From IMG/VR virus record IMGVR_UViG_3300025071_000006, positions 1 through 33,207 of that record: 33,207 nucleotides of DNA. The stretch is one strand, 5' to 3'. Below the pieces are notes generated by a model. The model made no database searches and was not told the DNA's origin. It saw nothing but the letters and a program-made list of their open reading frames with translations. The position numbers and the translations under genes were made by a program. This DNA comes from a virus. Below, in pieces: positions 26,142 to 33,207 of the stretch (position 1 is its first letter; the number at the start of each line of letters is the position of its first letter).

Positions 26142-27224
26142 TTATATGTATTTGACCTTACTTTTGTCAAAGAACTCTAGTGCTTTTTCTAGCCACTTTA
26201 ACTCTACTGATTCATTAGATGATATGATATATATTTCGGATTTCTTATCCGGAGTATCATACTCCATGGCCATACATCTGTTAATCTTTTGAGCTAAGTT
26301 CTCTGCGTTACTATCAAAGTAATTTATGATTACCTTGTTTAATGGCTTATAGGTCACACCGGTGTTACCGATCTTAACTACAGCCATGTGATTCCCTTCC
26401 CCTTCAGCAAACTTTACGAATGCTTCTTTATCTTTAGACTTACTGTGATGGGAAGGTATACCCAGTGCGTCTGCTATTTTAGTTATACCACAAAATACTA
26501 GGATGCGTTCATCTTTGTACTTGTTTAGTATAGACTTTGTCATTTTTTGTTTTGATAAACTATTCTGTATAATCCTCATACGTGCAAGTCTTGCAAACAT
26601 ACTATTACCTCCTGAATACATCATCTTTCTAATAGTTCCAGAAATATACTTATACTGCTGAAGTTCTGTCTTCTTGATCTTCTTCTTAGTGTATTCCTGT
26701 ATAACAGTATTGTCTAGTGGTACCTGCACAACAGTTATCTGGTAGTCTGCTATAACTCCTTCTTCAATAGCTTTATGAATAGGGTACTCTGCTATTACAG
26801 AAAGATCTAATGCATAGAGTAATTCTTTTTTACTCCATTTAGATAATGTTCCTGTAAGACCTAATACATAATCATTTTGTCCAATTAACTCTTTACATGT
26901 GTTGGTTTGTGCTTCTGATAGTAAATGTATCTCATCAATTATAATTATGTCATACTCACCTAAGTTCTTCTCTATAGATCTATGAGTTGTATATGTTATG
27001 TTCTCATTTATATAACCCATTAAGTCAAACTCATCTATCCAAGACTGCTTAATCTTGTTATCAGGATATGCAATCAACATAGTACAATTGTCGTTCATCT
27101 GGTCAAGGATGTTGATGGTCGTTCTAATCTTACCAAACCTAGGACACAAATTTAGGATCCCAAACTTACCATGACTTAGCCATATATCAGCAAACTCTTT
27201 TTGTCTTTTATCTCTTATTGTCAT
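26142..27224 (-). CDS. superfamily 2 helicase
   Basis: PRFGKI, IIDEIH, LGLTGT, QKINR. Confidence 0.85.
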   Translation of the reverse strand: MTIRDKRQKEFADIWLSHGKFGILNLCPRFGKIRTTINILDQMNDNCTMLIAYPDNKIKQSWIDEFDLMGYINENITYTTHRSIEKNLGEYDIIIIDEIHLLSEAQTNTCKELIGQNDYVLGLTGTLSKWSKKELLYALDLSVIAEYPIHKAIEEGVIADYQITVVQVPLDNTVIQEYTKKKIKKTELQQYKYISGTIRKMMYSGGNSMFARLARMRIIQNSLSKQKMTKSILNKYKDERILVFCGITKIADALGIPSHHSKSKDKEAFVKFAEGEGNHMAVVKIGNTGVTYKPLNKVIINYFDSNAENLAQKINRCMAMEYDTPDKKSEIYIISSNESVELKWLEKALEFFDKSKVKYI

Positions 27225-28285
27225 TATAAAAAGTATGATTTGTTAGTAATAGCTGCATAATCTGCATCAGTAATAGAAATACGTTTAGGTAATTCTTTAA
27301 ACATACCAATCTGACCTAAGAAACCTAGACCAATTCTGATATCATCCTCACCATAACTGTTTTTGATAACACGAAGACTTCTAAAGTATTTACCTCCATG
27401 CTCATCCTTAAGCTTGTTAAGATCATAACCTGATGGGTCTGCAACCTTGTATCTCATAGGGTCAAACAAAGCCATACATACATCAGAGTCATTCTGAGTA
27501 GTAGAACTATCTGCAAAGTCTTCTAGTTGTGGTTCAACATCACCATTCTTTATTCTAGTAGGATTAGATATAGATCGATTGAACTGACTAACAACTACTG
27601 GTGAATACCCATAGAAATCACGTGCATAACGTAACTCATCAGACATCTTATCAATTGCTTGCTTCTTAGTAGGCTGTGCACTTGTTGTCTTCAATAAACC
27701 TATATGATCTAACACAACTAGTGTTATCTCTGTAGGATCATTAGGTATGTATCTCTTGTTATACTTATCTATCTGTTCTATCTTTCCACGCTCTAATGCA
27801 TAAGCCTTTAGTTCTTTAGCTATACCCACAGGGTTCTCTGGCCCATCGATAATAGTTACTATCTCAGTTAGCTCATTCATATAATCCTCATACTTAAGAA
27901 ACAGGTCATGTTCATCTTTAGTCATCTTGCTTGTCCAGCCTAATAACTTGTTAACAGGAATAATAATGCCTTCTTCTTGAAAGATCTTCCTGCAGGTCCA
28001 CTTGGCTAGCTTGTAAGTCTGACTACGCTCCATGGATCTGTACCACACCTTCACCTTTATACCAGACTTCTGTCCTTCTTTAGATAAGGCCCAGTCTACT
28101 GGATTAAGAACAAACGCATCATCAATAAAACTAGTCTTACCTGAACCGGTTAGTCCACCTATCAAGTAATACATAGACCTACGAATGCCAACATATCTAT
28201 TTAGTCTGTCAAAACCCATTGGTATCCCACCGTTATTACCAGCTAGACCCTTGTCTACCTCCTCTTTTAATAGTTTAAAGCTCAT
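27224..28285 (-). CDS. DnaB-like replicative helicase
   Basis: GLTGSGKT, SME, LDHIGL, SQFNR, IKNSYG. Confidence 0.85.
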   Translation of the reverse strand: MSFKLLKEEVDKGLAGNNGGIPMGFDRLNRYVGIRRSMYYLIGGLTGSGKTSFIDDAFVLNPVDWALSKEGQKSGIKVKVWYRSMERSQTYKLAKWTCRKIFQEEGIIIPVNKLLGWTSKMTKDEHDLFLKYEDYMNELTEIVTIIDGPENPVGIAKELKAYALERGKIEQIDKYNKRYIPNDPTEITLVVLDHIGLLKTTSAQPTKKQAIDKMSDELRYARDFYGYSPVVVSQFNRSISNPTRIKNGDVEPQLEDFADSSTTQNDSDVCMALFDPMRYKVADPSGYDLNKLKDEHGGKYFRSLRVIKNSYGEDDIRIGLGFLGQIGMFKELPKRISITDADYAAITNKSYFL

Positions 28286-28287
28286 AA

Positions 28288-28509
28288 TTATTTCTTTTTC
28301 TTACCCTTTAATAATCTTTCCTTGTTGATTTCATCAATCTTCTCTCTCAAAGCCTTCTTAGCATAATATCTGTCCATTATGTGAACAGGTATTGTGGTAC
28401 CACCTTTCTTGTTTGTCCTCTGCCAGTGGTATGTAGCCTGGAATTCAGTTGCAGGTATAAATTTAACCTTTTTTCCGTCTACTATTATTGTCTTGTTTTT
28501 CTTTTTCAT
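28288..28509 (-). CDS. basic hypothetical protein
   Basis: Operon packing. Confidence 0.55.
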   Translation of the reverse strand: MKKKNKTIIVDGKKVKFIPATEFQATYHWQRTNKKGGTTIPVHIMDRYYAKKALREKIDEINKERLLKGKKKK

Positions 28510-28510
28510 A

Positions 28511-29134
28511 TTATATATCTGTTGAGCCAGTTGGTTCTGAAGGTTGATCTTTTTCTTCTTCCATCAATTCTACATATGCTTCATATGTTCTTTGATTAAG
28601 ATACGTAAGAGTATTTTGCTGATAGGTGATTCTATTAGTACCTGTCTTATATGACATGTTTACTTTTTGTAGTATCTCAAAGTTTAGTGCGTCTAACAAT
28701 TGTTCAGATGTATAATCACCCTCTATTAGTATTGCATCAAACTTAATCTTACATGCTTGTTTATCTTTACGTAAAGCTCTAGTACCTGTAAACTTCTTAT
28801 TCTTATATGTAAAAGTATCAGTACCAGGATATGCTTTCCACCACTCTTCAAATGCTGTAGCTTTTGGTTTTCTTTTTATAAACTTTTTATTGTCTTTATC
28901 TTCTCCTACAAACTCTAGGAGATCTTTGCCTACTGTTGTAAGCTTGTGTTCATCTTTCACTATAAGACCTTTTCTTATTAATGATTGATAGATAGCAGAG
29001 AGACGCATACTGTTCCCATAGAGAGGTTCAACGTCATACTCTTGATCTATCAATTTCAGTAAGTATATTATATCTAAGCTATAGCTTTTTTTGATGAGCT
29101 CTTCGAATTGTTGAGGCGTTATGTGTAGCTTCAT
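28511..29134 (-). CDS. putative replication initiator/helicase-loader-like protein
   Basis: wHTH-like N-terminus, FEEWWKAYP and TYLNQRTYE; upstream of DnaB. Confidence 0.55.
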   Translation of the reverse strand: MKLHITPQQFEELIKKSYSLDIIYLLKLIDQEYDVEPLYGNSMRLSAIYQSLIRKGLIVKDEHKLTTVGKDLLEFVGEDKDNKKFIKRKPKATAFEEWWKAYPGTDTFTYKNKKFTGTRALRKDKQACKIKFDAILIEGDYTSEQLLDALNFEILQKVNMSYKTGTNRITYQQNTLTYLNQRTYEAYVELMEEEKDQPSEPTGSTDI

Positions 29135-29300
29135 CTCTTTTTGGTTTTATAACTTTAATAATTATAGGCTTCTTTTTTATCTTAGCCTGCTCATGTTCCC
29201 ACTGATAGTACTCTAGTTCTGCTATGTACTGGCGTTCTGCAGCATACATGTTATCATTGCATGCTGCATGTTCCCAGTCTTCGTTAACTAACTTAGACAT
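29079..29300 (-). CDS. hypothetical protein
   Basis: Operon packing. Confidence 0.5.
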   Translation of the reverse strand: MSKLVNEDWEHAACNDNMYAAERQYIAELEYYQWEHEQAKIKKKPIIIKVIKPKRDEATHNASTIRRAHQKKL

Positions 29301-29487
29301 GTGTCTTAAGCTTTGGCTTATTCTTAGATCCTTTTGGTCTACCTCTGCCTCTTTTCTTCTTTTTTACTGGTACTATTACATCATTCTCATCCGGTGGATA
29401 AGTTGCATCTGGTCCAAAGAAAGCATATACTATACCTCCTGCTAATGCTAAAATCATTACTACGCTGATTACTGTTTTAATTTCCAT
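29293..29487 (-). CDS. TM-anchored AT-hook micro-protein
   Basis: N-terminal TM plus KRGRGRPKGSKNK. Confidence 0.65.
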   Translation of the reverse strand: MEIKTVISVVMILALAGGIVYAFFGPDATYPPDENDVIVPVKKKKRGRGRPKGSKNKPKLKTHV

Positions 29488-29511
29488 TTTTATTTAATTT
29501 AATTGTTAATA

Positions 29512-29775
29512 TTAATCTTTGATTCTTACTCCAAACTGTTCATGAAACCATGATAAACAATCTTTTGCCTTGTTAGTGTTAAACTTAAACAACTTTTTTA
29601 AGGTTGTAATTGCATATTTATTAAATTCTATACGCTGTTGACTGGTCATGGTCCAGTTGAAATACCACTTGTCATCATCTAATGTGTCTACTAATCGTTT
29701 ACCAATCATGTCTAGTTGTTTCTCCATTAAATGTCTCATGATATTTGCTCTATTTATTGCTGCTTTCTTTTTCAT
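29512..29775 (-). CDS. hypothetical protein
   Basis: ATGA-coupled to polB. Confidence 0.65.
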   Translation of the reverse strand: MKKKAAINRANIMRHLMEKQLDMIGKRLVDTLDDDKWYFNWTMTSQQRIEFNKYAITTLKKLFKFNTNKAKDCLSWFHEQFGVRIKD

Positions 29776-31736
29776 ACAAATAAATTTAATTGATTAGGTG
29801 ATACAATTGTCTTAACTCTTTTACCACCTGCCATTATTTTCTTTATTAACTTCTCTGCCTTAAATATGTAATACTCATAATTTACATTGTCCAACACGTC
29901 TGGTTTATCAAGATAATTACACACTGTACATACCCATTCACCTGCTTCAGCTTGTGAACGTTTAGCAGCTCTACTAGTTGATGCATCATTCCTCACCTTA
30001 AATATCTTCTCACCTGATCTAGACACATAGTACCTTATCAGTTTATTATACTTTGTAGTTTGGTTTGTTGTTCTATGAACTCCTTCAAAGTGAAAGTCTT
30101 TAGAAGACTTCTTTCTTATACAGAAGTCAAATAGATTAGTATGTTGTTTTATAGTATCCCTAACTGGAATATTATTTACATAGTATTGCTCAAGAGCAAT
30201 AGGTACAATCCTAGCAGACTTATTCTTATGTAGTTCAAAGTCTGTTAAGAAATCTCCTTTCTTCTTGACATAACCATCAGGCATGATAGCTAAATAATCA
30301 TTAACTGTTGAAAAGATTATCTTTGTGTAGTCTGTTCTTTCCAAAATGTACTGTGTTAGCTCAGACCACTCTGCATTTAATTCATGCATCTTAGGTATTA
30401 GTTCTTTCTTAATCTTTATAGTAACACCGTCCGTGTTAGCAGAGATCACATGAATGCCATTCATCTCATATAGTTCAATAAGCATCATTAAGCTAAGCTC
30501 ACCAGTTATAGTGGTGAACATAGTTAACTGCCTATCATAGATCCATGAAAGCATGTCTGATGATTTACCATAGACAGAGTTTACTGCAAGCTTAAGAGCC
30601 CCAATAATACCTTTGGTTTTTCCATCCTTTTTTCCACTAGCTTTCAGTTCAAGTCTTTTCTCAAACATCTGCTTGTAGCCAAATAGAAACTCTTTTCCTA
30701 AATGTGCAGGATACTTTGCATTGTTAATTATAATTGCAGGATAGTAACTAGCCACATCCCAGTCAATGATCTCATGGTCTTCATCAGCCTCAAACACAGT
30801 TGGTTTATTTTCAGTGTGTAGTCCACCTCTCATAAAGGAATATACATTACCGTGATAATTAATGTGTTCTTTGAAGTCATCTTGAAGACCTAAGGTCATC
30901 TTTCTTATATTAATAAGGAACTTTTGCAGTTGTTCAGTTTTAAACTTAACATATGGTGCAATACAGTTCTTCATAGCAATAGTCTTTCTGAAGTAACCTT
31001 TTCTTGGAAGCTCTTTAATGTCCATGTTCTTCTCATGACAGTAGTACTTCTTGATTATCTCATCACCTATCTTACTATCAGAGTAGTTAAGACATTGGAT
31101 ACCAAACTCTTCTTGTATATCTAGTCTCAATTGTATCTGATTGTTACCCTTATACAGTGGGTGATCTGTTTCTCCTATGGTTACCTTATAAAACTCATAG
31201 GTTGCATCAACATCATTAAAACAATACTGTAATGACAGGTATACCTCTTCATTAGTCATGTTTGTCTTAGTGTGATGTATAGGCATCTCTTCAATGTTCT
31301 CAAGATCCATCTCAAACTCTAACCTCTTCAGGCTTACACGCCTGTTCTTGTTATCATAGTGATGTATCTTAAATAAGTCAAGCTGCTTTAATGATAGGTC
31401 CCACTCTCTATACTCTGGAAATACATCATAATTAGCATCATGTATTACGTCTTGAGCTTTCTGTGCTATCATTGCACATATCTCTAGACCAGTACCTTCA
31501 TGCCATTGCTCATGGTTTCTTAGTATCCACTCTACTACTTGTGCATCAAATCGTAGGTTGTTATAACCTACCCAGTGTGCATCTTTATGTGTGTCTGTAT
31601 ACTTTACAAACGCATCTAGTTGATTCTGCCACTTACTAACAGTAAAGCTCTTAGGTGTCTTACCTGGTTCCATGCATACAACTATGAAGCACTCCTGCAT
31701 AGTTTCTATGTCATATATAATTATATTCTCAATCAT
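29772..31736 (-). CDS. polB: family B DNA polymerase with 3'-5' exonuclease (crAss-like)
   Basis: YDIET, GYNNLRFD, YCFNDV, DVASYYP, KLAVNSVYG, NTDG. Confidence 0.92.
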   Translation of the reverse strand: MIENIIIYDIETMQECFIVVCMEPGKTPKSFTVSKWQNQLDAFVKYTDTHKDAHWVGYNNLRFDAQVVEWILRNHEQWHEGTGLEICAMIAQKAQDVIHDANYDVFPEYREWDLSLKQLDLFKIHHYDNKNRRVSLKRLEFEMDLENIEEMPIHHTKTNMTNEEVYLSLQYCFNDVDATYEFYKVTIGETDHPLYKGNNQIQLRLDIQEEFGIQCLNYSDSKIGDEIIKKYYCHEKNMDIKELPRKGYFRKTIAMKNCIAPYVKFKTEQLQKFLINIRKMTLGLQDDFKEHINYHGNVYSFMRGGLHTENKPTVFEADEDHEIIDWDVASYYPAIIINNAKYPAHLGKEFLFGYKQMFEKRLELKASGKKDGKTKGIIGALKLAVNSVYGKSSDMLSWIYDRQLTMFTTITGELSLMMLIELYEMNGIHVISANTDGVTIKIKKELIPKMHELNAEWSELTQYILERTDYTKIIFSTVNDYLAIMPDGYVKKKGDFLTDFELHKNKSARIVPIALEQYYVNNIPVRDTIKQHTNLFDFCIRKKSSKDFHFEGVHRTTNQTTKYNKLIRYYVSRSGEKIFKVRNDASTSRAAKRSQAEAGEWVCTVCNYLDKPDVLDNVNYEYYIFKAEKLIKKIMAGGKRVKTIVSPNQLNLFV

Positions 31737-31876
31737 TTTGTTGTTTTTTTTATATACTCATCTTTATCTTCTGATGCATACCACTCATCCATATGTTCTT
31801 CAAAATGCATTCTATAGTCAAATCCTCCACTGAATGTTTTATCACATCTACTACACTTAATGGTTGGTCTACTCAT
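31733..31876 (-). CDS. 47-aa C2H2 zinc-finger micro-protein (not in track)
   Basis: CSRCDKTFSGGFDYRMHFEEH fits Cx2Cx12Hx3H; its stop overlaps the polB ATG (ATGA). Confidence 0.7.
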   Translation of the reverse strand: MSRPTIKCSRCDKTFSGGFDYRMHFEEHMDEWYASEDKDEYIKKTTK

Positions 31877-32066
31877 TTGGTTGGTTTTTATAGTCTTTAT
31901 AGTCTAAATAGAATCCAATGCCTACAATTATATGCAAACCTATACTACTTGCTATTTCGTATAGGTCATGAAAGTTATGGATAGATAAATGGATGTGTCC
32001 AACTATCCAGAATGGTATAGCCAGCTGTTGACTTATCCATCTAATTAGAAAGGTTATAAACTTCAT
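31869..32066 (-). CDS. small His-rich 2-TM membrane protein
   Basis: Hydrophobic segments with several His residues. Confidence 0.6.
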   Translation of the reverse strand: MKFITFLIRWISQQLAIPFWIVGHIHLSIHNFHDLYEIASSIGLHIIVGIGFYLDYKDYKNQPNE

Positions 32067-32087
32067 AAAGTTTGTGTGATTATATTA

Positions 32088-32118
32088 CAAAAATAACAAA
32101 TTTAATTAGATTACCAAA
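32088..32118 (-). promoter_or_regulatory. Bacteroidetes sigma70-type promoter
   Basis: TTTG (32118-32115), N19, TATTTTTG (32095-32088). Confidence 0.55.
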
Positions 32119-32680
32119 TAGAAAAGCCACCACAATGTCTCAAGAACGTAATAAATTCATCTATCAACCATTTAGGTGAACCATGTGATGGATAATATAT
32201 ACTATCATCACGTACTATACCTGTCATAGTTACTTTTCCATAAGGTAATACCTCATTAAGTTCCTCTACTATATCTTCTGATACCATACCACCATTCATA
32301 TTGCTCCATGAACCCATGTTACAATATATTTGATCATCTTCCTCTTCAAAAGATCCATCTTTATCAATAAGATCTTGTAAAGCATCAGCTAGAGCAGTGC
32401 ATTCTTCCCATGTATCTGGGCCCATTCCATCATTACCCATCCATGACTCTGTCTTTGTATCTAATCCATGATTCTGTGATGCTACATCACATAACATTAC
32501 TATTGGTCTCCATCCCCACCAGTTACTTCTAAAGTAATAGCCAGGGTTTTTGTTCTCCCACTCTTCTAACACATCCCAGTAGGCTTTCTTATCTCCTTCT
32601 GATATTGCATCATTGTCCCAATCCATCTCAGGTTTCTTACCTATTAGCTTAGGATTTTTACCGTATATATCTACTCCCAT
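32111..32680 (-). CDS. hypothetical phage protein
   Basis: YFRSNWWGWRP...CGGFSIW. Confidence 0.75.
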   Translation of the reverse strand: MGVDIYGKNPKLIGKKPEMDWDNDAISEGDKKAYWDVLEEWENKNPGYYFRSNWWGWRPIVMLCDVASQNHGLDTKTESWMGNDGMGPDTWEECTALADALQDLIDKDGSFEEEDDQIYCNMGSWSNMNGGMVSEDIVEELNEVLPYGKVTMTGIVRDDSIYYPSHGSPKWLIDEFITFLRHCGGFSIW

Positions 32681-32682
32681 AA

Positions 32683-32805
32683 TTATTTGATTTTTTTATA
32701 TGCTGCTAGCATTTGTTTCTCGTCTTTAACGTATTTATTATTTATCTTAAGCATCCATCTTTGAAATGCTTGCCTTCTTAACATCTTGTTTGTACCTGTT
32801 GCCAT
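32683..32805 (-). CDS. 40-aa basic micro-protein (not in track)
   Basis: MATGTNKMLRRQAFQRW...KKIK*; fills the gap. Confidence 0.55.
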   Translation of the reverse strand: MATGTNKMLRRQAFQRWMLKINNKYVKDEKQMLAAYKKIK

Positions 32806-32807
32806 AT

Positions 32808-33038
32808 TTATTTATTTATTGCTCTTTCCCAATCATAGTTAGGATCTTTCATTGCATCAAGTGCTTCGTTTAGCTCTTGTTCTGCTGTTTTTCTCTTAAC
32901 CCTAACTATAGGTGGTCTCTTTACTTCTATTTCTAATGCATTTGCATTACAATAAAAGCATTTCTGTTCCGTATCATTACTTATGTAACTTGCGTCACAA
33001 CTTCTGCAATGATAATCATAAAATGTTTCTTCACTCAT
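32808..33038 (-). CDS. zinc-ribbon protein
   Basis: CRSC...CFYC. Confidence 0.6.
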   Translation of the reverse strand: MSEETFYDYHCRSCDASYISNDTEQKCFYCNANALEIEVKRPPIVRVKRKTAEQELNEALDAMKDPNYDWERAINK

Positions 33039-33048
33039 TGTTTAAGTT

Positions 33049-33207
33049 TTATGGAACTTCATCATCTTCTTCTTCTTCTTCAGGGCTGAGCCCACGTAAG
33101 ATAACTAGTTCCTGTTCATATATTGGTTCGACTTTACCTTTCTCGTACTCATCTTCATCAACAAATACTTCTAGTAACCCATCAAAATCTCTCATAACAA
33201 TATTCAT
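33049..33207 (-). CDS. acidic hypothetical protein (possibly 5' truncated)
   Basis: Open frame to the window end; ends SPEEEEEDDEVP*. Confidence 0.5.
   Translation of the reverse strand: MNIVMRDFDGLLEVFVDEDEYEKGKVEPIYEQELVILRGLSPEEEEEDDEVP

Noticed and set aside
10979-31736. Introns or inteins in nrdA, the helicases or polB
   Set aside because: The ORFs are continuous and compact, with no splicing motifs noticed
942-31984. Antisense or shadow ORFs in the track (e.g. 942..1151, 1888..2163, 5897..6178, 10487..10903, 13662..14084)
   Set aside because: They lie opposite well-supported genes and show no motifs
1-33207. Stop-codon reassignment as in some crAss-like phages
   Set aside because: Long genes are intact in code 11; TAG and TGA end genes at sensible, often coupled, positions

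Overview
AT-rich segment of a dsDNA bacteriophage that most likely infects Bacteroidota (Flavobacteria). Supporting evidence: Bacteroidetes-type TTTG-N19/20-TAnnTTTG promoters, A-rich leaders without a Shine-Dalgarno sequence, a Flavobacterium-like class Id RNR and a crAss-like replication module. No capsid or terminase gene is in the window, so taxonomy is inferred. The + strand (1-6846) carries the end of an OMP-like gene, a lysis-type cassette (holin candidates, a YkuD-like Cys endolysin candidate, a spanin-like pair, an unannotated CDGSH micro-protein), a glycosyltransferase flanked by two poly-Thr proteins sharing a C-terminal domain, and four very basic small proteins. The - strand (6847-33207) carries tRNA-Arg(ACG), two GT-A glycosyltransferases, GroES, RecA, a candidate sRNA, NrdAB, nucleases, rIIA/rIIB, a variant UNG, an NDP-sugar epimerase, primase, a Sak4-like ATPase, SF2 and DnaB helicases and PolB. 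The best candidate for a novel system is a phage protein O-glycosylation cassette: a GT95/GT96-like enzyme between two mucin-like Thr-linker proteins. All family assignments come from motif recognition by eye; no searches were run.
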